Counted from the first letter of the stretch, positions 1 through 9,417 are shown. The stretch is 12,362 nt of DNA from Myxococcales bacterium (GCA_038320275.1 JBBQEB010000118.1:1-12362); one strand, 5' to 3'. Notes: generated from the sequence alone by a model not told the origin. Numbers and translations: made by a program.

Positions 1-1
1 C

Positions 2-1264
<1,263 letters not shown>

Positions 1265-1396
1265 CGTGTGTCTCCCGCGCCCCGCGGGGGCGCTTCGCAG
1301 GCGATCGAAGGCGACCGCCAAAGGACGACCGCGTCCCCGGGGGCGGGCGGCGCGGTCGCTTTCCCCATGGTGCGTCGTGACCCGGTGATCCGCACG

Positions 1397-3322
1397 TCAT
1401 TCGGCCGGGGGATCCAGCTCCGCGACGAGTGAGGCGTGGCGGCCCCCAGGACCCCCTTCGCCTCGCGCGCGCAGCGCCTGCGCCAGCGCTCGCGGCAGGT
1501 CGAGCGCTCGCCCCTCCGCCAGCCGCTCGCGATAGAGCCCCTCGAAGCCGGACGGGATGCGCAGGGACCAGTTTCCCCCGCTCACGGTGCCAGGCACGTT
1601 GTAGCTCTCGCGGGTCCCGAACAGATCGCTGAAGAAGAGGTACACCTGCCGCGCAGGGCCGACGAAGAGCTCCGCGAACTTCGCCTGCGCGAGCGCGCCA
1701 GGGCTCGCCGCCGTCCGGACGACCCAGTCCTCCCTGCCTTTCCCATCGGGCAGGAGCCGCCAGGCCAGGTACTCGGCCTGCCAGCGCGAGGAGCCATCGG
1801 CCACCCAGCTCTCCGCGAGCGCGTGGATGGGAGGGGTGTCGTGGTTGCCCAGCAGGATCCAGTCCTCGGGGCGGGCGTTCTCCCCGCGATAGACGTCGTC
1901 GGCGCGGTCGAGGTCCGCCTTCTGCGTCACCCGGAAGCGCCCCAGCCCCTGCCGCTCGATGACGCGTTGGAGCGGATAGGGCTGCGTGCTCAGGATCTCG
2001 CACGGCACGGCCTCCGGCCCGAGCCCCGCCGCTCGCGCCAGCTCCATGAGGGCGTCGAGGAGCACGCCGTAGCGCTCCACCTGCCCCTCGTCGAGCGCGC
2101 GGACGAAGCCGTCGGCATGGCGACGCAGCGAGAGGTCGAGCTGCTCGGACCGGGCGATGGCGAGCGGCGCCAGCTCGGGGAAGTCGGGCAGGTCCGGCGC
2201 CGCGAAGAGGCGCGTGCCGCTGCGGACGGCGAGCTGGGGGTGCCCGTCGTCGCGGTACACCCAAGGTGTCACGAGCCCGTGCGGATGATCGATGCGCAGC
2301 CCGTCGTACGCGGCGAGCGCCCGGGCGACGCGGGCCGTGAAGAAGCGCAGCGCGGGCCCCTGGCCCGCCCCGTCTCCGGGGTTCCGGTAGAGGCGCGGGT
2401 CGAGGAAATGATAGCCCCAGGCCTGGCCTTCCGGATTGGTGCGGCTGGGCGGCGCGCCAATCCGCAGGCCCGGGAAGAGGAGCGCCTGCGCGGCCCAGGC
2501 GTCCCGCTCCGACATCCCCACTTGCAGATCGCCGAAGAGCGCGAGCCCCAGCGAGCGCGCGAGCTGGCGCGCCCCCGCGTGCGCCTCCTCCGCGAGGAGC
2601 TGCGCGAACGCGAAGCGCTCCAGCGCAGGCCCGTTGCGGGTGAGGAGCTCCCGCCGCCGGACCCGTGCCGCCGCCTCCTCCCCCGGAGCCGGCGCGAAGA
2701 GGCGACGGTCGAGCTCGCCCGAGGGCCCCGACCATCCGCGCCACGACGCCCCGCCGTACGCTCCCGAGAGCACGTCGTAGAGGGCATCCGGGAGGAGCCA
2801 GCCCGCCTCGCGCGCCCGGAAGGACTCCAGCCGCGCGGCGAGCGCGGCCACAGCCCCCCCCTCTCCGGCTCCCCGGCGGCGAGCGAAGGCGCGGTAGGCC
2901 TCGTCGAGCGCGCGCTCCATGGCGGCGAAGGCGTAGGCATGCGCTGCGCGGTCGCGCGGCTCGGGGCGTCCCGCCACGAGATCCTCCAGCGTGGACCGGC
3001 GAAGAAGCTCGCCGCCCTCCGCCCGCGTGAGCGGCAGGAGCGGGATGGAGAGGGGGTCGCGGGAGAAGAGCGCGCCGTCGTAGGGCGAAGGATCACCCGC
3101 CGAGGTGAGCCCCTGCGGCCCGAGCTGGATGCCGTCGAAGCCCAGCGACGAGGCGAAGCGCAGGAGCTCTCGGCCACCCTCCCCGCTGGGCGAGCCGCGC
3201 CCGAGGTCGCCTTCCGGCCCAGGCGGAAAAGCAGCGTCGAAGACGCCCAGCAGGAGCCGGCGGATCCCGAGCGCCGAGAGCGCCGCTCGGACGGCGCCGG
3301 CGCGAAACCCTTCCGCGCTCAC
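1397..3322 (-). CDS. malQ: 4-alpha-glucanotransferase (amylomaltase, GH77), divergent
   Basis: C-terminal 641 aa of ORF 1397..3610. Motifs GFDGIQLGP, SPYDG, LFGDLQVG, GAPP...GQAWG, GLRIDHPHG, GNHDT, YNVPGTVSGGNWSLR. GTG start at 3322 overlaps the upstream TGA (GTGA). Lies next to glgE. Confidence 0.88.
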   Translation of the reverse strand: MSAEGFRAGAVRAALSALGIRRLLLGVFDAAFPPGPEGDLGRGSPSGEGGRELLRFASSLGFDGIQLGPQGLTSAGDPSPYDGALFSRDPLSIPLLPLTRAEGGELLRRSTLEDLVAGRPEPRDRAAHAYAFAAMERALDEAYRAFARRRGAGEGGAVAALAARLESFRAREAGWLLPDALYDVLSGAYGGASWRGWSGPSGELDRRLFAPAPGEEAAARVRRRELLTRNGPALERFAFAQLLAEEAHAGARQLARSLGLALFGDLQVGMSERDAWAAQALLFPGLRIGAPPSRTNPEGQAWGYHFLDPRLYRNPGDGAGQGPALRFFTARVARALAAYDGLRIDHPHGLVTPWVYRDDGHPQLAVRSGTRLFAAPDLPDFPELAPLAIARSEQLDLSLRRHADGFVRALDEGQVERYGVLLDALMELARAAGLGPEAVPCEILSTQPYPLQRVIERQGLGRFRVTQKADLDRADDVYRGENARPEDWILLGNHDTPPIHALAESWVADGSSRWQAEYLAWRLLPDGKGREDWVVRTAASPGALAQAKFAELFVGPARQVYLFFSDLFGTRESYNVPGTVSGGNWSLRIPSGFEGLYRERLAEGRALDLPRALAQALRARGEGGPGGRHASLVAELDPPAE

Positions 3323-4209
3323 CCCGCGCCGTCGAGGTGAGGCAGGAGCTCGGCGAGGACCCGCTCCGGCACCTCCTCCGCGAGGTAGTGGCCGGCGGGG
3401 AGCGGCCCGCCCACGACCCGCGCGGCCCGCTCGCGCCAGGCGGCCAGCACGTCGAAGCACCGGTGCACCACACCGCGCTCTCCCCACAGCGCGAGGAGCG
3501 GGACCCCGACCCTCTGGTCGAGGTCCGCCTCGTCGTGCGCGAGGTCGATGCCGGCAGACGCGCGGTAGTCCTCGCAGCTCGCGTGGATGGTCGCAGGGTC
3601 GCGGAAGCACCGCAGGTATTCGGCCAGGGCCTCGGGCGCGAACGGCGAGAGCCCCGCGGAGCCGCTCCCGAGCTTGTGGGTGAGGAAGGAGTCGGGATCG
3701 GCGCCGATGAGCCGCTCGGGGAAGGGCGCCGGCTGAACGAGGAAGTACCAGTGATAGTAGGCCCTGGCGAAGTCGAAGCCGCCCTCCCGGTACATGTGCC
3801 GGGTGGGCGCGATGTCGAGGGTGGTCAGCGAGAGCACCGAGCCCGGGTGGTCGAGCGCGAGGCGGTGCGCGACGCGTCCCCCCCGGTCGTGGCCGACGAG
3901 GTGGAAGGGAGCGAGCCCCAGCGTCTCCATGAGCTCGACCTGGTCGGCGGCCATGGCTCGCTTGGAGTAGGCGGCGTGATCGGGACCGCCGGGGGGCTTC
4001 TCGCTGTCGCCGTATCCGCGGAGATCCGCCGCCACCACCGTGAACCGCTCCGCCAGGCTGGGTGCCACCCGGTGCCAGATGGCGTGCGTCTGCGGGTAAC
4101 CGTGGAGGAGGAGCACGGGGGGGCCCGAGCCGCCCACCACCGCGCGGATCCGCGCGCCCCGGGTCGGGACGTCACGTAGGGTGAAGTTCGGGAAGAGGGG
4201 CGCCTCCAT
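3319..4209 (-). CDS. Alpha/beta hydrolase, haloacetate/fluoroacetate dehalogenase family
   Basis: Last 296 aa of ORF 3319..5823 from MEAPLFPNF. Motifs LLLHGYPQT, DLRGYGDS, YSKRAMA, GHDRGGRVAHR (nucleophile Asp plus two Arg), YYHWYF, CEDYRA, GHYLAEE. Confidence 0.9.
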   Translation of the reverse strand: MEAPLFPNFTLRDVPTRGARIRAVVGGSGPPVLLLHGYPQTHAIWHRVAPSLAERFTVVAADLRGYGDSEKPPGGPDHAAYSKRAMAADQVELMETLGLAPFHLVGHDRGGRVAHRLALDHPGSVLSLTTLDIAPTRHMYREGGFDFARAYYHWYFLVQPAPFPERLIGADPDSFLTHKLGSGSAGLSPFAPEALAEYLRCFRDPATIHASCEDYRASAGIDLAHDEADLDQRVGVPLLALWGERGVVHRCFDVLAAWRERAARVVGGPLPAGHYLAEEVPERVLAELLPHLDGAG

Positions 4210-4214
4210 GGCTC

Positions 4215-5279
4215 TCACGATCCGAGGTGGCCGATGATGCCTTCGGTCAACTCGCGGGTGCCGGCCTTGCCCCCGAGGTCGCGGGTGCGCAGCGACGGGT
4301 CCGAGAGGGCGGCGTGGATGGCGGTCTCGATCGCGCGCGCGGCGCCCGCATGGCCCAGGTGCTCCATCATCATCGCCGCCGCCCAGATCTCCGCCACCGG
4401 GTTTGCCACGCCCTTGCCGGCGATGTCGGGGGCCGACCCGTGCACCGCCTCGAACATGGAGGGGGCGGTGCGCTCCGGGTTCACGTTGCCGGACGGCGCG
4501 ACCCCGATGCTGCCCGCGACGGCGGCGCCCAGGTCGGAGAGAATGTCGCCGAACAGATTCGAGCCGACCACCACGTCGAACCAGTCGGGGTGCTGCACGA
4601 AGTGCGCGGTGAGGATGTCGATGTGGAACTGGTCGGTCTTCACCGTGGGGTGGCGCGCCGCCGCCACCGCGAAGCGCTCGTCCCAGTACGGCATGGAGTG
4701 GAAGATGCCGTTCGACTTGGTGGCCGAGGTGAGGTGCTTCTTGCGGCGCTCGGCGAGCCCGAAGGCGTACTCGAGGATGCGGTCCACCCCGCGGCGGGTG
4801 AACACGCTCTCCTGGATCACGATCTCGTCCTGCGTACCTTCGTAGATGCGGCCGCCCATCTTCGAGTACTCGCCCTCGACGTTCTCCCGGACGATGACGA
4901 AATCGATGTCGGCGGCGGTGCGGTTCGCGAGCGGCGTGCGGACGCCCGGGAGCAGCTTCACCGGGCGGACGCAGGCGTACTGGAGGAAGCCGCGCCGGAG
5001 CGGGAGGAGGAGCCCCCACAGGGAGATGTGGTCCGGAACGCCCGGCCAGCCCACCGCGCCGAGGAGGATGGCGTCTGCGGAGCGGACCTGGTCGAGGCCG
5101 TCCTCGGGCATCATCGCTCCGGTCTTCAGGAACCGGTCGCAGCTCCAGTCGTACTCCGTGAAGCGGAAGTCGATCCCGTGCCCCTTCCCGACGGCCTCCA
5201 GCACCGCCACGGCGGCTGGCGTGACCTCCCGGCCGATACCGTCGCCGGGGATGAGGGCGATGTGACGCTGCGTGGCCAT
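4215..5279 (-). CDS. ttuC: Tartrate dehydrogenase/decarboxylase / D-malate dehydrogenase (TtuC/DmlA; isocitrate/isopropylmalate dehydrogenase family)
   Basis: 354 aa. Motifs IALIPGDGIGREV, GAVGWPGVPDHISLWGLL, VRENVEGEYS, LTSATKSNGI..SMPYWDERF, SNLFGDILSDL, MFEAVHGSAPDIAGKGVANP. PDHISLWG and ATKSNG are characteristic of the tartrate dehydrogenase branch. Confidence 0.92.
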   Translation of the reverse strand: MATQRHIALIPGDGIGREVTPAAVAVLEAVGKGHGIDFRFTEYDWSCDRFLKTGAMMPEDGLDQVRSADAILLGAVGWPGVPDHISLWGLLLPLRRGFLQYACVRPVKLLPGVRTPLANRTAADIDFVIVRENVEGEYSKMGGRIYEGTQDEIVIQESVFTRRGVDRILEYAFGLAERRKKHLTSATKSNGIFHSMPYWDERFAVAAARHPTVKTDQFHIDILTAHFVQHPDWFDVVVGSNLFGDILSDLGAAVAGSIGVAPSGNVNPERTAPSMFEAVHGSAPDIAGKGVANPVAEIWAAAMMMEHLGHAGAARAIETAIHAALSDPSLRTRDLGGKAGTRELTEGIIGHLGS

Positions 5280-5315
5280 GCGGTCTCTTTTCAGGGTGGA
5301 CGGCGGGGTGCTGGA

Positions 5316-6071
5316 TCAAACGATGGTGATGGCGGCCCGGGCGCGCTCGCTGAAGATGTTCTTCGGGATCATGGCGTGGACGCCTTTGTGCACGTCCACC
5401 ACCTGCGTGATGCGGAAGCTCACCGCCACGGCGCACAGCGCGTAAGCATCGAGGCGCGACAGGCCCGCCCGGCGGACGAGGAAGTCGATGGCGTTCTCCA
5501 GCGCGAGCCGGAAGGCGGCCGTCAGGTCGGCGTCCATGCCGAGGGCGATGAAATGGGTGCCGGTCTCCGCGCAAGGCCAGCGCAGCCCGGCGCGCGGGTG
5601 CAGGAGCACGCGGATGCGCAGCTCCTGCATGGCGGTCTCCAGGGCGGTGAGGTTCACCTCGCCGTCCCCCTGCAGCGCGTGCGAATCGCCGGTGTAGATC
5701 TTGGCGCCCTTGCGCCACACGGGCAAGAAGAGGCTGGTGCCCTCCGAGAGCTCGCGCAGATCGATGTTGCCGCCGTGCGGACCGGGCGGCACGGAGCTCC
5801 AGACATCGCCCGGGACCCCCCACAAGCCCGGCGGTGGGGCCACCCCGAGCGTGCCCTGGAATGGCGACAGGGGCAGCTCGATGTCGGGCGAGAAGGCGGT
5901 GGTCCCGCGGCCGAGGTCGAGCTCGAAGTAGCGAACCTGGCCGTCGCTGAACAGCTCGGGCAGCGCGCCCGTGCCCAGCGCGCCGGGGTTGTTGAAGTTG
6001 GCGGCCCAGGGCTCGGGCAGGATGCGCTCGTAGCGGATCTCGAGGGCGTCGCCCGGCTCGGCGCCCCGCAC
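5316..6071 (-). CDS. Acetamidase/formamidase (FmdA/AmdA) family protein, apparently N-terminally truncated (possible pseudogene)
   Basis: C-terminal ~251 aa of ORF 5316..7463: VRGAEPGDALEIR, PFQGTLGVAP, SVPPGPHGGNIDLREL..GTSLFLPV, GDSHALQGDGEVNLTALET, LDAYALC, ITQVVD..KGVHAMIPK. The usual N-terminal segment ending in H-x-LTGP is missing. The start (GTG 6071) is uncertain. Confidence 0.8.
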   Translation of the reverse strand: MRGAEPGDALEIRYERILPEPWAANFNNPGALGTGALPELFSDGQVRYFELDLGRGTTAFSPDIELPLSPFQGTLGVAPPPGLWGVPGDVWSSVPPGPHGGNIDLRELSEGTSLFLPVWRKGAKIYTGDSHALQGDGEVNLTALETAMQELRIRVLLHPRAGLRWPCAETGTHFIALGMDADLTAAFRLALENAIDFLVRRAGLSRLDAYALCAVAVSFRITQVVDVHKGVHAMIPKNIFSERARAAITIV

Positions 6072-6104
6072 GCCGCTATGTTCTCGCTCCGTCACCCACC
6101 CGAA

Positions 6105-7604
6105 ATGACCCTCCCCGACCTCATCGACCTCGAGGCGCAGCTCGCGCGCGACCGGGAGCTCGACCTTGCCGCGCTGGAGGCGCGCGACCGTGCGCTTCTT
6201 CGCGGCGCCGAGCTCCCCGCCCGCACCGGGCCGCTCCTCGCCCGCTGGCTCGCGGCGCTGCGCCGGGCGGAGCCGGGGCGGCTGTACCCCGGGCGGACCT
6301 TGGCGGCGGTGCTGAGCGGGCTGCGCACGGGGCTCGTGCTGGTGGGGCTCGGGCTGGGGTGGAGCGCGGCGGAGGCGGTGCTGCGCTACACCGGTGCGCA
6401 CCCGGTGAACGTGTGGGACTTCCTCCTGGTGTTCGTGGGCGTGCAGCTGCTGCTCTTCGCGCTGCTGGTCGCCTCGTTCGCGCTCCCCATCTCGGCGCTG
6501 GGCGTGCCGCTCTTCGGCCTCGGGCGCGGGATCGTCGCCGCCGTGTACCCCCGGCTCGCGGCGCGGGGGCTCTCCGCGGGTGGCGCGCGCGCGGCCGAGT
6601 GGGCGACGCTCTGGCACGGGCTGCGCAGCCGACGCTCCCTCTATCACCACCTGGAGCCGTGGATCCTGCTCGGGCTCACCCAGGGCTTCGGCGTCGCCTT
6701 CAACGTGGGGGCGCTCCTGGGCTGCATGCGCGCCATCGCCTTCTCGGACCTCGCCTTCGCCTGGAGCACGACGCTGGTCCAGCTCGACGCGGCGCGCTTC
6801 CACGCCCTCGTCCAGGCGCTCGCGGCTCCCTTCGGCTGGGCCTGGCCCGACGCGGTCCCCTCGCGCGCGCTGGTGGAGGCCACCCGCTACTCGCGGTTGG
6901 AGGGCGCGTACGTCCTCTCCGGCACCGGACGCGCGGCCGACGCCGCGTTCGTGGGCGGCTGGTGGCCGTTCCTGGTGGCTTCGCTCGCCACCTACGGGCT
7001 CCTGCCCCGCACGGTGACGCTGCTCGCCTCCACAGGCGTCGCGGCGCGACGCCTGGCGACGCTGCCGCTCGACGACGCCGCGGTGCGACGCGTGGTGAAG
7101 CGTCTCACCGAGCCCCACGTCGAGACGCGCAGCCCCACCCCGGAGGCGCCCGGGCCGCTCGCGAGCCCCGCTCCCCTGCCCGCGGCGACGGTCGCGCCGC
7201 GCGGGCGCTGCGCGGCGGTGCTGTGGCGGGACGTGCCGGGCGGCCCCGCGCTCACCGCTGCCGTGGAGCGGCAGACCGGCTGCGCGGTGGCGGCGCTGCA
7301 GTCCGCCGGTGGCCGCGACTTCGAGGAGGCGGGGATGGCCTGGGGGACGGTGGTGGACGGCTCCGACCCGGTGGTCATCGTGGCGGAGGGCTGGGAGGCG
7401 CCCGACAAGGCGGCGCTGCGGCTCCTCCGGGAGCTGAGGCGCGCGGCGGGCGCCGGCCGGCACCTGGTCGTACTGCTGGTCCGCGCCGCGGAGGGGAGCT
7501 TCGGCGCCCCGGCGGCGGAGGAGGTCCGCACCTGGGAGGAGGGCCTCGCCGCGCTGGAGGACCCGTACCTGGCGGTGGAGCCGCTGGCGGAGGCGCGCGC
7601 ATGA
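6105..7604 (+). CDS. DUF2868-like multi-pass membrane protein
   Basis: C-terminal part of ORF 4227..7604 from MTLPDLIDLE (alternative ATG at 6078). Four to five hydrophobic segments, with motifs PVNVWDFLLVFVGVQ, FAWSTTL, WWPFLVASLATYGLLPR and C-terminal WEAPD. The stop overlaps the start of the GTPase gene. Family assigned from recalled motifs and gene context. Confidence 0.78.
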   Translation: MTLPDLIDLEAQLARDRELDLAALEARDRALLRGAELPARTGPLLARWLAALRRAEPGRLYPGRTLAAVLSGLRTGLVLVGLGLGWSAAEAVLRYTGAHPVNVWDFLLVFVGVQLLLFALLVASFALPISALGVPLFGLGRGIVAAVYPRLAARGLSAGGARAAEWATLWHGLRSRRSLYHHLEPWILLGLTQGFGVAFNVGALLGCMRAIAFSDLAFAWSTTLVQLDAARFHALVQALAAPFGWAWPDAVPSRALVEATRYSRLEGAYVLSGTGRAADAAFVGGWWPFLVASLATYGLLPRTVTLLASTGVAARRLATLPLDDAAVRRVVKRLTEPHVETRSPTPEAPGPLASPAPLPAATVAPRGRCAAVLWRDVPGGPALTAAVERQTGCAVAALQSAGGRDFEEAGMAWGTVVDGSDPVVIVAEGWEAPDKAALRLLRELRRAAGAGRHLVVLLVRAAEGSFGAPAAEEVRTWEEGLAALEDPYLAVEPLAEARA

Positions 7605-9106
7605 CCGCGCCCGCGGAGGTCCCGCGCTTCGCGGTGGTGGGGCGCGTCAACAAGGGCAAGTCGAGCATCGTCGCGACCCTCGCCGAGGACGAGTCGGTGC
7701 GGGTGGACCCGCGGCCCGGCACCACCACCGAGATCCGCGAGTACCCGGTGACGGTGGACGGGCGCACGCTCTTCGTCCTGGTGGATACGCCAGGCTTCGA
7801 GGACGCGCCGCGGGCGCTCGCCTGGCTGCGGCAAGCCGACGTCTCGGCGGCGGAGCGGCCCGCCCGCGTGGCCGAGCTGGTGCGGGCGCACGAGGGCACC
7901 TCCGAGCTCGTCGAGGAGCGGCGGTTGCTGGCGCCCATCCTGGCAGGGGCGAGCATCCTCTACGTCGTGGACGGCACCCGCCCCTTCCGCCGCAACTACG
8001 AGGCGGAGATGGAGATCCTGCGCTGGACCGGGAGCCCCGGGATGGCGCTCGTGAACCGCATCGGCGGCGAGGACCACGTCGCCGAGTGGCACCGCGCCCT
8101 CGACCAGTTCTTCAAGATCGTGCGCGACTTCGACGCCCAGGCGGCCACCTTCACCGAGCGGCTGCAGCTCCTGGAGGTGTTCCGCGAGCTGCGCCCGGAG
8201 TGGCGGGGCCCGCTCGACGAGGCGCGCACCGCGCTCGTGGCCCAGCGGCGGCGCCGGCGGGCCGAGGCGGCGGCCGAGATCGCGTCGATGCTCGCGGACG
8301 AGCTCACGCACACCGAGGAGATCACGGTCCGCGACGAGGAGGGACTCGCCGCCGAGCGCGACCGGCTGGAGCAGAGCTTCCACGACGCGCTCCGCGCGCG
8401 CGAGGAGAAGGCGCGCCGGCGGGTGGAGGCGCTCTACGGGCACGACGGGAGCACCTTCGCGGAGGGGAGCCTGGAGCGGCCGGTGTTCCAGCAGGACCTC
8501 TTCGCGGAGCAGACCTGGAAGCTGCTCGGCCTCTCACCCGGGGAGATCGTCGCCGCCGGCACGCTGGCGGGCGCCGCGCTGGGAGGGACGCTCGACGCGA
8601 TGGTGGGCGGCGCGAGCGTGATGGCGGGCACGGTGGTGGGTGGGGCGGTGGGCGGCGGCACCGCGCTCCTGGGGCTCGGCCGGCGGTTCGCCAGCGTGCG
8701 GCACGTGGGCGTCTCGGGGGTGGCCGCCTGGGTGAAGCGCGCGGCGCGGAGCCTCGATGGCGAGCGCGAGGGGGATAAGACCTTCCGCATCGGCCCGCAC
8801 GCCCAGGCGAACTTCCCGTACGTCCTCCTCGACCGCGCGCTCCTGCACTACGACGTGGTGGCGCGCCGGACGCACGCCCGGCGGGGCAAGCTGGAGGTCG
8901 GGGAGAGCGCGCGTCCCGGCGTGGTGGCGGAGCTCGCGCGCGGGGAGCGGCGCGAGCTCGACGCGCTGTTCGGGAAGCTGCGCCGCTCCACCGATCCTTC
9001 GCGCTCGACCCTGGACGCGCTGGAGCGGGCGATCGCGCGACTGCTCCTGGGACTCGACCCGCTCCCGGGCGACGCCCGCGCGGAGGCGGGCTCAGCCGCG
9101 GAGTGA
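7601..9106 (+). CDS. P-loop GTPase with DUF3482-like C-terminal domain
   Basis: 501 aa from MTAPAEVPRFAVVG. G1 GRVNKGKS, G2 PGTT, G3 DTPGFE, G4-position NRIG. These are followed by a helical region and a Gly/Ala-rich hydrophobic hairpin (GTLAGAALGGTLDAMVGGASVMAGTVVGGAVGGG). ATGA overlap with the upstream gene, GGAGG RBS. Confidence 0.85.
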   Translation: MTAPAEVPRFAVVGRVNKGKSSIVATLAEDESVRVDPRPGTTTEIREYPVTVDGRTLFVLVDTPGFEDAPRALAWLRQADVSAAERPARVAELVRAHEGTSELVEERRLLAPILAGASILYVVDGTRPFRRNYEAEMEILRWTGSPGMALVNRIGGEDHVAEWHRALDQFFKIVRDFDAQAATFTERLQLLEVFRELRPEWRGPLDEARTALVAQRRRRRAEAAAEIASMLADELTHTEEITVRDEEGLAAERDRLEQSFHDALRAREEKARRRVEALYGHDGSTFAEGSLERPVFQQDLFAEQTWKLLGLSPGEIVAAGTLAGAALGGTLDAMVGGASVMAGTVVGGAVGGGTALLGLGRRFASVRHVGVSGVAAWVKRAARSLDGEREGDKTFRIGPHAQANFPYVLLDRALLHYDVVARRTHARRGKLEVGESARPGVVAELARGERRELDALFGKLRRSTDPSRSTLDALERAIARLLLGLDPLPGDARAEAGSAAE

Positions 9107-9123
9107 CGCCAGGGCCGGGAAGC

Positions 9124-9303
9124 TCACCCGTTCGCCTCGGGCTCGACGCTGCGCGCGCCGCACGCGTCGAGGAGCCGCCGGCACTCCTTGCAGTTCACCG
9201 CTGGCGCGGCCAGCGTCCAGTTCCAGGTGGGCGCGCTGGGATGGGCGCGCCTGCAAAGCGGCCGGAGGGCTGCCTTGTCGAGGAAGTGAACGCAGCTCGC
9301 CAC
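9124..9303 (-). CDS. Putative 59-aa His/Cys metal-binding (zinc-finger-like) microprotein
   Basis: GTG at 9303 gives MASCVHFLDKAALRPLCRRAHPSAPTWNWTLAAPAVNCKECRRLLDACGARSVEPEANG*. It fills the gap between the GTPase and SDR genes without overlap, has an H...C...CxxC pattern, and has TACCAT 6 nt upstream. Confidence 0.6.
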   Translation of the reverse strand: MASCVHFLDKAALRPLCRRAHPSAPTWNWTLAAPAVNCKECRRLLDACGARSVEPEANG

Positions 9304-9309
9304 GGGACG

Positions 9310-9315
9310 ATGGTA
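9310..9315 (-). promoter_or_regulatory. Putative -10 element (TACCAT) of a leaderless transcript
   Basis: TAnnnT hexamer exactly 6 nt before the GTG at 9303; no SD-like sequence near the start. Confidence 0.35.
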
Positions 9316-9417
9316 GCGCGCCCCCCCGGACGCAGGACCTCCTATGTGGGTCCGCGACATCCCGCCACGCACGGTCAGTCTTCCTCCTGGCGTGCGGGCC
9401 AGGAGCCGGCGGGCTAC

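Noticed and set aside
1436..3340. 634-aa plus-strand ORF and other overlapping Arg/Pro/Ala-rich ORFs
   Set aside because: Shadow frames of malQ caused by stop-codon scarcity in high-GC DNA.
3319..5823. Apparent 834-aa fusion ending in the hydrolase
   Set aside because: The upstream part is an off-frame overlap of real genes; the hydrolase has its own ATG at 4209.
6072..7463. Long N-terminal extension of the amidase ORF
   Set aside because: It is the antisense of the DUF2868-like gene and does not resemble an amidase.
4227..7604. Apparent 1125-aa giant protein
   Set aside because: The first ~620 codons are antisense to the tartrate dehydrogenase and amidase genes; only the part from ~6105 is protein-like.
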